A stretch of 52,332 nucleotides of DNA from a virus (Duplodnaviria > Caudoviricetes). This document shows, piece by piece, positions 32,689 to 42,331 of this stretch. Within the stretch, counting starts at the first letter, position 1. Every line of letters begins with the position of its first letter. A program made the position numbers and the translations under genes. Location: positions 1-52,332 of IMG/VR virus record IMGVR_UViG_3300023103_000007. One strand, written 5' to 3'. The notes below the pieces were generated by a model. That model saw nothing but the letters and a program-made list of their open reading frames with translations. It was not told the DNA's origin and did no database searches.

Positions 32689-33332
32689 TGGTGTCCATGG
32701 TCGGTGATACTCTGGTTCGTGATGGCTTCTGGTCAGCTCCTCGTGAGTTTGATGGACAGAGAGTCTATATTCTTGGTGGTGGCTACACACTTCATGGGTT
32801 TGATCCCTCACCACTCAGGCAAAGCGGGGGTGTCATAGCCTGCAACAGTGCCGGTCTGACGATTGCTCCATGGGCAGATGTCCTGATCTATGGTGACGAG
32901 AGGTGGCTTGAGTGGAACGTGGACAAAATTCATCTGTTCAGTGGTCGTCACGTAGTCTCTAGGAGTCGTGTGCCTCGTTCTTCTCCACACCCAAGAGTCA
33001 GGGTGATGCATCACACCAGCCCCTCCCCCGCCCTCTCCGTGTCTCCCTCATCCCTCTCAGGTCACTGCACGGGAGGGAGTGCTATAAACCTGGCATTCTT
33101 GATGGGTGCTGTGGAGATTGTTCTTCTGGGATATGATATGAGACCTGGTAACTTTCATGACATGCACAGGGTTCCTCCTGAGGAGGAGCAGCATGCTCTC
33201 AGGTTTATCCCTGCTATTGAGGCTATGGCGCCTGTACTGGTGTCTCATGGGGTCAGGGTTATCAACTCCACTCCTCACAGTGAGCTCAGGTGCTTTGAGT
33301 ACATGCCGCTGAGTGAGCTGGCAGTACACTAG
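32688..33332 (+). CDS. DUF115/sialyltransferase-like Rossmann-fold transferase
   Basis: VYILGGG, IACN, ADVL..GD..W, TGGSAINLAFLMGA.EIVLLGYDM, VINST..S.L.CF. Confidence 0.6.
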   Translation: MVSMVGDTLVRDGFWSAPREFDGQRVYILGGGYTLHGFDPSPLRQSGGVIACNSAGLTIAPWADVLIYGDERWLEWNVDKIHLFSGRHVVSRSRVPRSSPHPRVRVMHHTSPSPALSVSPSSLSGHCTGGSAINLAFLMGAVEIVLLGYDMRPGNFHDMHRVPPEEEQHALRFIPAIEAMAPVLVSHGVRVINSTPHSELRCFEYMPLSELAVH

Positions 33333-33371
33333 AGACGAAGTAAGCGAAGAGTTTAGACGAAGTACAGGGGC

Positions 33372-33400
33372 TTTCGCATTTCTTCGTTTTCGAGTAGAGT
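33372..33400 (+). promoter_or_regulatory. Candidate promoter of the capsid operon
   Basis: GGGGC-TTTCGC-N17-TAGAGT in the only gap before the protease gene. Confidence 0.35.
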
Positions 33401-33432
33401 AGTTCGTAGTTCCTGAGCCGTTGTGGTTTACT

Positions 33433-34533
33433 ATGAGCAAAGTCTCCCTCACTGATACTGTCCCGCTGTCCTCCGTGAGGCAGACGAGTGATGGCTATCT
33501 CGTGGCTGAGGCTAGGGTTGCTCGCTCAGGTGTGCAGGAGTACTCCGGTGCTGAGGTTGATCCTGACAACATTCATGGTCTTCGGGATCGGGATGTTGTC
33601 AGGGTCTATCGCCCAGAGGATGAGGTGTTCTCCAGGGACACTCTCTCCTCGTATGCACACAGACCAGTGACTATAGGTCACCCCAGGGAGATGGTGAGTG
33701 CTGACAACTGGCGAGATCTGGCTGTTGGTAACACTGGTGGTGACGTTGCTCGTGATGGGCAGTTCGTCAGGGTTCCCCTGGTTCTCATGGACTCCAGTGC
33801 CGTGAGGGTTGTCAGTGGTGGGACTCGTGAGCTCAGTATGGGGTATACAGCTGAGCTGGTGTTTGACTCTGGGACTACTCCTGATGGTCAGGAGTACGAT
33901 GTTGTTCAGAGGTCAATGAGGATGAATCACCTTGCTGTTGTCGCTGCAGCACGTGGTGGCTCTAGTCTTAGAATAGGCGATCAAGAGGAAATTAAAGTGT
34001 CACTTCGGAAGATGCAGGTTGATGGCATCACGATTGAGGCTACTGAGCAGGCAGCAGAGGCTATTCAGCGACTGCAGTCTCAGCTCAGTGATGCTCGGTC
34101 TGATGCCGATCGTCGTCTGACAGAGTCTCAGGCAAAATTGGACAAGTTGCAGGCAGAGCTCGATGATGCTCGTAGCAAGGTGATGACTGACGCTCAGCTC
34201 GAGAAGCGAGTTGCTGAGAGGTCTAAGCTAATTGCAGATGCTCGCAGCATTCGTGCAGATATCCGGACTGATGGTCTCACTGACTCTCAGGTTCGCAGGG
34301 CTGCTGTGGCTGCTGTCCGTGGTGAGTCTGCTGTCGCTGACAAGTCTGACGCTTACGTGGAGGCATCCTTTGACCTCATTCTTGCAGATACAGCATCAGC
34401 AAGGACTCTTGGTCATGCCCTGACTGGTCTGTCTTCTCAGGTCAGTGATCAGGGTTTTGCCGATGCCGCTGCTCAGGAGCAGAAGGCATGGGAGAGTCAG
34501 CTGAAGAGACTTGATCGCGTGAGGGAGAGCTGA
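33433..34533 (+). CDS. DUF2213 prohead protease/scaffold
   Basis: DGYLVA.ARVAR.GVQ.Y, VYRP..EVF, PVT.GHP, ELSMGY, NHLAVV..ARGG; coiled-coil C-terminus. Confidence 0.9.
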   Translation: MSKVSLTDTVPLSSVRQTSDGYLVAEARVARSGVQEYSGAEVDPDNIHGLRDRDVVRVYRPEDEVFSRDTLSSYAHRPVTIGHPREMVSADNWRDLAVGNTGGDVARDGQFVRVPLVLMDSSAVRVVSGGTRELSMGYTAELVFDSGTTPDGQEYDVVQRSMRMNHLAVVAAARGGSSLRIGDQEEIKVSLRKMQVDGITIEATEQAAEAIQRLQSQLSDARSDADRRLTESQAKLDKLQAELDDARSKVMTDAQLEKRVAERSKLIADARSIRADIRTDGLTDSQVRRAAVAAVRGESAVADKSDAYVEASFDLILADTASARTLGHALTGLSSQVSDQGFADAAAQEQKAWESQLKRLDRVRES

Positions 34534-34534
34534 C

Positions 34535-34990
34535 ATGCCAGCAATTCAGTCCACTATCTCGCAGTTTATTGGTATTGGTGCAGTTGGTCGCAGGGCTAAC
34601 ATGGAGGAGTGGAACACTGTTACACTTACCGCACAGACCACTGCTCCTGCAACCATTGGCTTTGCACAGCCAGTGAAGCTTGGTTCTCTTGACAAGACAG
34701 CTGTCATCTACAATGGCTCTGGTGTCTTCAAGGGACTGACAGAGGCTTCCATTGATCGCTCTGCCTACTCTGACACGGATGATATGCCTGTCTGTGAGTC
34801 TGGTGTGATGTTCGGTCTCGCTGGTGGTGCGTGCACTGCTGGTGGTGCTGTTGGCTGGAGCTCCTCCACTGGCAAGTATGCCAATGCAGCCTCTGGCAAT
34901 ATTACAATCCCCAACGCTGAGTTTGACTCCTCTGCAACGGCCGATGGTCAGGTTGTGAGGATTCGTCTCCGCCGCATACCAGGAGGCTGA
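34535..34990 (+). CDS. Head decoration/cement protein
   Basis: Between scaffold and capsid genes; IGFAQPV, F.G, IPNAEF pattern. Confidence 0.7.
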   Translation: MPAIQSTISQFIGIGAVGRRANMEEWNTVTLTAQTTAPATIGFAQPVKLGSLDKTAVIYNGSGVFKGLTEASIDRSAYSDTDDMPVCESGVMFGLAGGACTAGGAVGWSSSTGKYANAASGNITIPNAEFDSSATADGQVVRIRLRRIPGG

Positions 34991-34994
34991 CACA

Positions 34995-36047
34995 ATGGCT
35001 GGTGGTACTCTCATTGCAGCCCCTTCAGGGATGCCTGCTCTTACTCTGCCTGATGGTAGGTTTGTTGATGCTCAGTCGATCAACATAAACTTTGCTCGCA
35101 GCCGCTCCAACGTCATCAATGCTCGCGCCTACATGATCGAGTATGATGATCTCGACTTCGAGTCACTTGTTCCTGTGGACAGGTCTGTTCCTGAGTGGGC
35201 AAATGGCATCGACACCTATGTCGGCGACATTGTTGGCAAGGCTGACTGGTACACTGGTGCGGCAAAGGACATTCCTATTGCTGACACCACTGAGGACATG
35301 ATCACCTCCAAGTTCTCGATGTTCGCTGTTGGTTACCAGTGGAATCTTGAGGAGCTTGGCAAGGCTCAGTTCATGAACTTCCCACTCTCCCCCCGCCGTG
35401 CCATGGCTGCTCGTCGTGCTGCGAGGGAGTTTGAGTTCGTGAACGCGATCTCTGGGTCGGTCAAGAAGAAGTATCCTGGTCTCATCAACCAGACTGGAGT
35501 CACTCCTACCACACTCCCTGCTGATGGTACTGGCAGTGCCACCTTCTGGGTGAACAATTCAGGTGTCGCTGTCAAGACACCAGCCCAGATTGTTCGTGAC
35601 ATGGACAACATGGTTCTGGGTCCAGTGAACCCTGACAGCACTGCTGTCAATGTTCTTGCTGACACTCTCCTTCTTCCTCCTCTTGCTTACCGTCATATTG
35701 CGACAACACCCTATGGTGAGACGTCTCCCAATAAGACGATTCTGCAGTATTACTTGGACAACAACCTGTACCGTGCTCGCACGGGACGTCAGGTGACTAT
35801 TCGTGAGCTTCCTCAGCTCTCTCGTGCAGCCACTCAGGGTACTGTTGGTGGTGGTCGTGCTCTTGCCTACAGGAACACGAGCGATGTGCTGACAATGTAC
35901 TATCCGATGCCGTTCCGCTTCTTGCCTGTGTATCAGGATGGTCCAATACACTGGACTGTACCAGGAATTGGTCGTATTGGTCAGGTCGATGTCATGCTTC
36001 CGTATGCTTTCAGGTACTTCGACGGCGTGACTCCTGTTCCAGCCTGA
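34995..36047 (+). CDS. Major capsid protein (DUF2184-like, HK97 fold)
   Basis: 350 aa; GYQWNLEEL, GLIN, DTLLLPP, PMPFRFLP. Confidence 0.88.
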   Translation: MAGGTLIAAPSGMPALTLPDGRFVDAQSININFARSRSNVINARAYMIEYDDLDFESLVPVDRSVPEWANGIDTYVGDIVGKADWYTGAAKDIPIADTTEDMITSKFSMFAVGYQWNLEELGKAQFMNFPLSPRRAMAARRAAREFEFVNAISGSVKKKYPGLINQTGVTPTTLPADGTGSATFWVNNSGVAVKTPAQIVRDMDNMVLGPVNPDSTAVNVLADTLLLPPLAYRHIATTPYGETSPNKTILQYYLDNNLYRARTGRQVTIRELPQLSRAATQGTVGGGRALAYRNTSDVLTMYYPMPFRFLPVYQDGPIHWTVPGIGRIGQVDVMLPYAFRYFDGVTPVPA

Positions 36048-36059
36048 TTGAGGTGACTC

Positions 36060-36521
36060 TTGGCACTTACTCCTGCCGAGTTCAAGACACTGAAGCCACA
36101 GTTCTCATCTGTTGATGATTCTGTGGTTCAGTCTTATCTGGACATGAGCTCCCTGCTTGTGGATGACTCCTGGGGTGCTCAGCAGGACATTGCCCAGGCG
36201 GCAGCCACCTGTCACCTTATGACCCTTGATGGTCTCGGAGACAGCAGGGAGTCAGGGGGATTCAGGAGTGGTATGAGTGAGTTCCAGAGGATTGAGTCTG
36301 GTAAGCTCAGTCTCACCAGGTTCTCTGGTGATGCGTCCTCTGGCTTGAGCTACTCCTCGTGGCTGTCTAGAACTTTCTGTGGGAAGTTCTACCTCATGCT
36401 CTTGAGGAGGAGGGGTGGTCCTCTAGTTCTGTACGGGGGTGGCTGCTTCTCCTCCTCAAGATATGCAAAGGACACCTGCACTCCCATCAGTTATGGTTGG
36501 CCAGGAGTATTCTTCCCATGA
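36060..36521 (+). CDS. Head-tail connector (DUF4054-like)
   Basis: EFK...PQF..V.D..V..YL, W, CHL, T.CGK.Y..L. Confidence 0.75.
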   Translation: MALTPAEFKTLKPQFSSVDDSVVQSYLDMSSLLVDDSWGAQQDIAQAAATCHLMTLDGLGDSRESGGFRSGMSEFQRIESGKLSLTRFSGDASSGLSYSSWLSRTFCGKFYLMLLRRRGGPLVLYGGGCFSSSRYAKDTCTPISYGWPGVFFP

Positions 36522-36865
36522 GTATTCTGGATGGAGATATCAGGGATCTCTTTGGCTCTGTCTTCAGTGATATCTGGGACACAGCTCATCTCGTCAGGGT
36601 CTCTCAGGTGAGTGACGGGCGAGGAGGAGGAACAGAGACTCCCTCCCCGCCAGTGTCCGTGAGGGTGCAGTTTGATGATGACACTGACAGAGAGTCATCT
36701 GGATCAGTGAAGAGGTTCACTCGTGTTCTGGTTCTTCAGTCTGGTGTAGTGAGTGCTCCAGACACTAGCAGTTATATTATGTCTGGGTCCAGGAGACTGG
36801 CTGTTCGCAGGGTTGATGAGGATCCCGCGAGGAGTTACTGGGAGCTGGATTGTGAGGAGATGTAG
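36518..36865 (+). CDS. Head-tail adaptor/stopper
   Basis: SDGRGG and VDEDPA..YWEL; position in the neck module. Confidence 0.7.
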   Translation: MSILDGDIRDLFGSVFSDIWDTAHLVRVSQVSDGRGGGTETPSPPVSVRVQFDDDTDRESSGSVKRFTRVLVLQSGVVSAPDTSSYIMSGSRRLAVRRVDEDPARSYWELDCEEM

Positions 36866-37030
36866 ATGCCCTGGGTGAGGTTCACTCGTGACTTTGAGTA
36901 TCGTCCTCGCCCAAGGGCGATACAGATATTCCGGAGGGGGCAGGTGCTTCTAGTGACAAGAGCCTGCGCACAGGCTGCAGTTGACTCTGGTGCTGCTGAG
37001 TTATCTTCCAGGGAGGGTAAGATTGGCTGA
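36866..37030 (+). CDS. 54-aa neck-module protein
   Basis: Not in the ORF track: MPWVRFTRDFEYRP...VTRACAQAAVDSGAA; GAGGAG RBS. Confidence 0.7.
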   Translation: MPWVRFTRDFEYRPRPRAIQIFRRGQVLLVTRACAQAAVDSGAAELSSREGKIG

Positions 37031-37430
37031 TCACTCTCTTGCTATGCGTCGAGCTGTCGTTCAACACCTGCTTCAGGGTTCCGTCTCTGGTATGGTTGGG
37101 GGAAGAATATATGGTGAGGAGGCTCCAGAGAACAGTGAGCTTCCCTTCATCAGGTACGGTCTCCCAGTAACGACGCCATATGAGAGCAGCTGTGGTCGTG
37201 GGTCTCAGCACTCTATTGTAGTTCATGTTTTCGCCCAGGGACCATACACTGATCTCGTGGCGTCTATCGCGTCTGCAGTTGTTTCCTCTCTGGATGACTC
37301 CTCTCTTCCGGTGGATCCACTCAGGCTGCTGGGGATCTCGTGGACAGGAACAAGAATTATTCGTGACACGGCTGAGATGTCGTCATATCACGCGATTGTG
37401 TCACTTACTGCACAGACAATAGGAGACTAG
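37023..37430 (+). CDS. Tail terminator (DUF3168, GTA-like)
   Basis: GGRIY...P....LPFIRYG, VHVF; TTG start after GGGAGG. Confidence 0.75.
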   Translation: MADHSLAMRRAVVQHLLQGSVSGMVGGRIYGEEAPENSELPFIRYGLPVTTPYESSCGRGSQHSIVVHVFAQGPYTDLVASIASAVVSSLDDSSLPVDPLRLLGISWTGTRIIRDTAEMSSYHAIVSLTAQTIGD

Positions 37431-37434
37431 AGAC

Positions 37435-37890
37435 ATGGCACAGGCACAGAGTATCAGGTTCGGCAAGGTATTCATGCTCCTCTCGGACATGGCAAGTACA
37501 CCAACCTTCAGGGCACCTTGTGGATTTGAGGAGTTGACTATGACTATTAATATAGAGTCAAACTCCGTGAATATTCCAGACTGTGAGGATCCTGATCTTG
37601 CTGCCTGGCTCGCAACAGATATTGTCTCGAAGCAGATGACTATATCTGGCTCAGGTCTTCTTGACGTGAATGCTATGAAGATCTGGCAGGACTGGTGGCT
37701 TGGTGACATTCCTGCTCCTGAGGTTCCAGTGAGGTGGTATCGTGACTTGACGGTAGGTCAGAATGGCGGGTACTTTCAGGCTCCTGGTGTCCTCACTGCG
37801 TATGAGGAGACAGGTCAGAGAGGGCAGCGCTGGCAGAACAGTGTCACCATTGCCCTCAACGGCAAACCAACATTCACGCCAGTGGTGTGA
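37435..37890 (+). CDS. Tail tube protein
   Basis: APCG...IPDCEDPD..AW...S..ISGSG. Confidence 0.85.
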   Translation: MAQAQSIRFGKVFMLLSDMASTPTFRAPCGFEELTMTINIESNSVNIPDCEDPDLAAWLATDIVSKQMTISGSGLLDVNAMKIWQDWWLGDIPAPEVPVRWYRDLTVGQNGGYFQAPGVLTAYEETGQRGQRWQNSVTIALNGKPTFTPVV

Positions 37891-37893
37891 CGA

Positions 37894-38313
37894 ATGAGTA
37901 CATCAAGAGTCACTCTCACGTTTGGTGATGGAACATACACCTTCTGCCTCAGGATCAGGGAGATCCTTGAGCTCGAGCGTCTCACTGAGAGCAGCATCGG
38001 TGAGATAGCCACTCGCCTTATGACTGGGGTTCCTCGCATGAGGGACATATATGACTCTGTCAGGCTTGGGCTCATTGGTGGTGGTCTCCCCCCGACATCT
38101 GCTCTCCTCCTGGTGGAGAATTATATTGCTGGTGTGCCTCTGGCGGATCCAAGGGACTCCTCCTCTCCTATGGCTACTGCACAAGCTGTGGTGATGGCTG
38201 TCTGGGTCGGCATGGAGGAGGTTCCAGATACACTATCAAAGGAGGAGGTTCCTCCAGCCCAGGAAGACTCAGGGCTGGAGACATTTATGGAGCAGGGCTT
38301 GCCGCAGGGGTGA
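37894..38313 (+). CDS. Tail assembly chaperone (GTA gp10-like)
   Basis: FGDG.Y.F.L....ELE...VRLGLIGGG..P..A..LV..Y. Confidence 0.85.
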   Translation: MSTSRVTLTFGDGTYTFCLRIREILELERLTESSIGEIATRLMTGVPRMRDIYDSVRLGLIGGGLPPTSALLLVENYIAGVPLADPRDSSSPMATAQAVVMAVWVGMEEVPDTLSKEEVPPAQEDSGLETFMEQGLPQG

Positions 38314-38474
38314 GTCCAGGTGATGTTGGTGACATGAGTCTATCTGAGTTCTTTGTCGCTATGCACGGTCTCTCTTCCCTCAGGAGTGGAAGACCTCAGC
38401 CCATGAGTGACTCGGACTTTGATGATGGAATTGCTGCCCTGAGGTCTGTGGCTGGTGATGACGTGAGGATATGA
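38310..38474 (+). CDS. Tail assembly chaperone extension (probably reached by -1 frameshift)
   Basis: The -1 frame reads ...DIYGAGLAAGVSPGDVGDMSLSEFFVAMHG..., open upstream of 38310. Confidence 0.65.
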   Translation: MSPGDVGDMSLSEFFVAMHGLSSLRSGRPQPMSDSDFDDGIAALRSVAGDDVRI

Positions 38475-38475
38475 A

Positions 38476-40665
38476 GTGGCTGGTGGTGCCGTTGGACCAA
38501 GCGCTGATCGTGTTTTGACTATACTGGAGGCAAAGACCGAACAGTATCAGAGGAACATCAACCAGGCTAGACAGACATTCAACAGTTTCACTCAGAATGT
38601 TCAGGTTAACATCAACGTACTGAACACCCAGTTTAATAACCTCAACGCAGCTGCTGCCCGGACACAGCAGTCTTTCTCTCGTCTCAGGTCTTCTGGATCG
38701 TCTCTGTCATCTACTCTTAAGGGTATTGCTGCTGCATATATCACCCTCAACACAGTTAAGAGTGCACAGGGTCTAGTTGATACCAACATAAGAATTGTCA
38801 ACTCACTAAAGACTGCTGGTCTTGAGGGATCAGAGCTCACTCGTGTGTATGATGAGCTGTATGCCTCTGCTCAGAGAAACAGGACAGAGTTCGAGGGTAT
38901 AGCCAAACTCTACAGTAGGGTCTCTCTGGCGCAGGGGGAGCTGAAGGTAAGTACTGCTGACCTCATAACCTTCACTGATAATGTCGCTAAGGCACTGAGA
39001 GTTGCAGGAACAGATACGATCAATGCGCAGGGTGCACTCCTACAGCTAGGACAAGCACTCGGCAGCGGTACTGTGAGGGCGGAGGAGTTCAACTCTATAC
39101 TCGAGGGTTTGCTACCAATTGCTCAGACAGCTGCTAGGGGTATCAAGGAGGCTGGTGGTTCTGTGGCCCAGCTCAGGAAGTTGATGCTTGATGGTGAGGT
39201 ATCTTCTAAAGCTTTCTTCGAGGGAATACAGGCTGGGGCGTCTGGTCTTGATGAGAGACTGCAGGGTGTGGAGACGACCGTATCTGGTGCATTCACTGTA
39301 CTCAACAATGCTCTGCTCAGAGCTGCAGGTGAAATGAACAGTGGGTCTCAGGCAACTGAGGAGTTCTCCATGCAGATACAGAGACTTGCCAGGTACATTG
39401 ATAACACTAACTTCTCTGTCATTATACAGGACATAAATAACTTCATAGTTACTGTCAGTCAGGCAGCCGATAGGGTGCAGTCCCTGGTTAACTGGCTGAG
39501 TAAGCTCCCTGGTGCGGCAGCCGATGCTCTCGACATTCGAGACATTGCTCCCCAGGACAGGATAAACACTGCTTTCGAGAAGTCCGAGGGAAGTATAACA
39601 AAGAGTGTTCAGTCTGCTGCAACAGAGGGTCTCAGAGCCGCCTTCGACAAGGCAGGAGGAGAGAAGTTTGGACCAAATAGTCCGACACCAAACGACAGGA
39701 TTGGTGCGACGTTCGGTGATCTTCAGGGACCTAAGAGAACAATCAGCATAAAGGACTACCCATCAACAGATAGTAAGGGATCAAAGAAGAAAAAAGGTCC
39801 CAGAGACAGAGTTGATTCGTACGAGGACACAACTCTAGACACTGAGTCTCTCGAGCAGGAGTATCAGGCGAGACTTAAGTTGAATCCTCTTCTAGGAAGC
39901 TACCGAGAGAGTCTCATAAAGATACAGCGAGAGCAGCAGCTACTCAATGATCTGCAGAGGGACAATGTCGAGATAACTCCGGAGATCAGGGAGAAGGTGT
40001 CTGGTCTGGCGACAGAGTATGCTCGGGCAGAGGTCGCTCTCAGTGACCTAAGTGACACACAGGATGCCGTCAACAAGCGACTTCTTGAGGTCAGGGAGTT
40101 CAGTAAGGACACCACTCGCGGCATAGTTGATGGTCTTCTAGCTGGCAAGGACGCAGCTGAAGTCTTTGGTGAAGCTTTAAATAAATTGGGTCAAAAATTC
40201 TTAGATCTTGCTTTCGACAGTGCTTTCGATAAAGGTGGTTTATTAGAGAAATTGTTCAAGGGTGGTAGCGGAGGAACAGGTGGTGGACCTCTTGCTTTCA
40301 TTGGTAAATTATTTGGATTTAAGTCTGGGGGATATACTGGGGCAGGTTCACCCAATGCTCCTGCAGGAGTAGTACACAAGGACGAGTACGTATTCGACAA
40401 GAGAGCAGTAGACAGGATTGGTGTTGCCAACCTTGATGCCATGCGTAGGGGCATGAGGGGATATCAGTCTGGCGGCATGGTCACCACACCCTCCCTCCCC
40501 CGATCACCCTCCCCGTCTCAGGGATCAGTCACCTTTGGCGGTATCGTGACCAATATAAACATTGAGGGTAGTGCTGATCGCAGGACACTTGCTCTTACTG
40601 CTGCACAGATAGCAGAGAATAACAGACAGATTCTCTATCAGCAGAAGAATCAGTGGAGGTCCTGA
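38476..40665 (+). CDS. Tape measure protein
   Basis: LYSRV, QLGQALGSG.VRAEEFNSILE; C-terminal GGYTG...PAGVVHKDEYV. Confidence 0.92.
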   Translation: MAGGAVGPSADRVLTILEAKTEQYQRNINQARQTFNSFTQNVQVNINVLNTQFNNLNAAAARTQQSFSRLRSSGSSLSSTLKGIAAAYITLNTVKSAQGLVDTNIRIVNSLKTAGLEGSELTRVYDELYASAQRNRTEFEGIAKLYSRVSLAQGELKVSTADLITFTDNVAKALRVAGTDTINAQGALLQLGQALGSGTVRAEEFNSILEGLLPIAQTAARGIKEAGGSVAQLRKLMLDGEVSSKAFFEGIQAGASGLDERLQGVETTVSGAFTVLNNALLRAAGEMNSGSQATEEFSMQIQRLARYIDNTNFSVIIQDINNFIVTVSQAADRVQSLVNWLSKLPGAAADALDIRDIAPQDRINTAFEKSEGSITKSVQSAATEGLRAAFDKAGGEKFGPNSPTPNDRIGATFGDLQGPKRTISIKDYPSTDSKGSKKKKGPRDRVDSYEDTTLDTESLEQEYQARLKLNPLLGSYRESLIKIQREQQLLNDLQRDNVEITPEIREKVSGLATEYARAEVALSDLSDTQDAVNKRLLEVREFSKDTTRGIVDGLLAGKDAAEVFGEALNKLGQKFLDLAFDSAFDKGGLLEKLFKGGSGGTGGGPLAFIGKLFGFKSGGYTGAGSPNAPAGVVHKDEYVFDKRAVDRIGVANLDAMRRGMRGYQSGGMVTTPSLPRSPSPSQGSVTFGGIVTNINIEGSADRRTLALTAAQIAENNRQILYQQKNQWRS

Positions 40666-41345
40666 TGGTGGAGGTGTGGCCTTCAATCTTGGTACCAAGC
40701 GTTGTGGAGTTTCAGCTTGTCCCCTCTCAGGGATTCGGACCCAGGAGCACATTTGGAGTGCAGCAGGTTATATCTACAGATCGAGGCTACTGGAGAGCAT
40801 CTCTCTCCTCCTTCAACATCAGGACACCAGACCAGATCAGGGAGTGGAGGGCAGTGATTGCCTCTCTGTCCGGGTCTCTTGGCGAAGTTCTGATTGGACC
40901 ATTTGACTGTAAGAACTCTCCCAGGGATATATCTGGACCATCTATTCTATCTGGTATACCATTCAGTGATGACACATATTTCAGTGATGGGGCAGGTTGG
41001 TCTCAGTCTACAGCAGCTGGTATCGTGACCTTTTCCAGGACTCTCAGGTCAACTGAGGCTGTTGTGACTATAACCTCCCCTGGCTCCATACGTCGTGGAA
41101 TGTACTTCTCTATAAGGAAGAGACTCTACATAGTCACTCTTGTTCTGGATACTAGCTCAACACGAGTGTCTATCAGGTTCAGTCCTCCACTCAGGAGTGA
41201 TATTGCAGCAGGGGAGTCAGTGGACTTCTCACGCCCTCAGTGTCTCATGCGCCTTGCCTCCACTGAGACAGGATCCCTCTCACTGAGGATGGGGAGGTTT
41301 TCTGATCCAACAGTAGAGTTAGAGGAGTCTCCCCTTGGACTTTGA
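40665..41345 (+). CDS. Distal tail protein
   Basis: Follows the TMP; FSDDTYFSDGAGW, G.YFSI..RLY, F.PPLR. Confidence 0.7.
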   Translation: MVEVWPSILVPSVVEFQLVPSQGFGPRSTFGVQQVISTDRGYWRASLSSFNIRTPDQIREWRAVIASLSGSLGEVLIGPFDCKNSPRDISGPSILSGIPFSDDTYFSDGAGWSQSTAAGIVTFSRTLRSTEAVVTITSPGSIRRGMYFSIRKRLYIVTLVLDTSSTRVSIRFSPPLRSDIAAGESVDFSRPQCLMRLASTETGSLSLRMGRFSDPTVELEESPLGL

Positions 41346-41919
41346 TCCCCTCATAGAGGCACAGCTCAGTGGTGCCACAGTCTCTGGTGACGTTCTTGTT
41401 GAGCTTGACTTCCTCAGTGGTCCAGTACGTGTGTGGAATGGGTTCGGGAGGTTGAGGACTCTTGACGACAGGGAGTGGATGGGTATTGGTGGGCTTGGCT
41501 CTGTGTCTGATACTGTCCAGATGTTCAATGGGGGAGCACCAGAGCTCACTATGACTGTGTCTGGTGTTGACGAGTCGTTTGCCTCTAAGGTGAGGGATGA
41601 GGCAGAGGAGTACAGAGACAGAGTTGTGAGGGTGTACATTCAGTTCTTCTCTCTGTCTGACTCTGGTCCCCTGCCAATTGTCATGCCATACGCTCGCTCC
41701 TGGGCTAGAATGAAGAGTATAAAGTCCAGCAGACAGGAGACAGATACTGGATATCTGTACTCCCTGACCATCTCTGCAGAGACACCGTTTGAGAGTAGGA
41801 GAAGACCAAAGTTTAGCTACTGGACGGACAGGGATCAGCAGCAGAGATATCCCGGAGACAGGGGATGTGAGAGAGTGGCTGGAATACAGCAGAAACTTGT
41901 TGTGTTTCCGGACTTCTGA
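41335..41919 (+). CDS. Tail tip / hub protein
   Basis: DF.SG..RVW.GFG...W.G.G.LG; TD.DQQ.RYPGDRG. Confidence 0.7.
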   Translation: MDFDPLIEAQLSGATVSGDVLVELDFLSGPVRVWNGFGRLRTLDDREWMGIGGLGSVSDTVQMFNGGAPELTMTVSGVDESFASKVRDEAEEYRDRVVRVYIQFFSLSDSGPLPIVMPYARSWARMKSIKSSRQETDTGYLYSLTISAETPFESRRRPKFSYWTDRDQQQRYPGDRGCERVAGIQQKLVVFPDF

Positions 41920-41926
41920 GGTTTGA

Positions 41927-42331
41927 ATGAGCAGGATAGATGAGTTCACGAGAATACTAGCTAGGCTTCCCTTTGTTTATGGGAGGCACGACTGTGCTCT
42001 CGTTCTTGCTGACTGGTGGATGTATCTTCACTCATCCCAGCATGACCCTGCATACCACCTTCGTGGTACATACTCCACGGAGGAGGAGTGCTGCAGGGTT
42101 TTGGAGGATCATGGAGGTCTCGCGAGGGTCGTCAGGGGTATAGCCCTCTCCGTGGGCGCTACGCGATCCAGTGATCCTGCTCCAGGTGACGTATCTGTTG
42201 TCAGGATACTAGACAGACACTGGTGTGCTATCATGTCATCCTCCGGCAGGTGGGTCATGAAGACAGGAGCGGGCATCTCCTCCCCTGATTCCTCCTCCCT
42301 GAGGGTTGTCTGCTGCTGGAGGATCTGCTGA
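41927..42331 (+). CDS. NlpC/P60-like tail tip assembly protein
   Basis: FVYG.HDC...ADW, PGDV, H..AI. Confidence 0.75.
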   Translation: MSRIDEFTRILARLPFVYGRHDCALVLADWWMYLHSSQHDPAYHLRGTYSTEEECCRVLEDHGGLARVVRGIALSVGATRSSDPAPGDVSVVRILDRHWCAIMSSSGRWVMKTGAGISSPDSSSLRVVCCWRIC

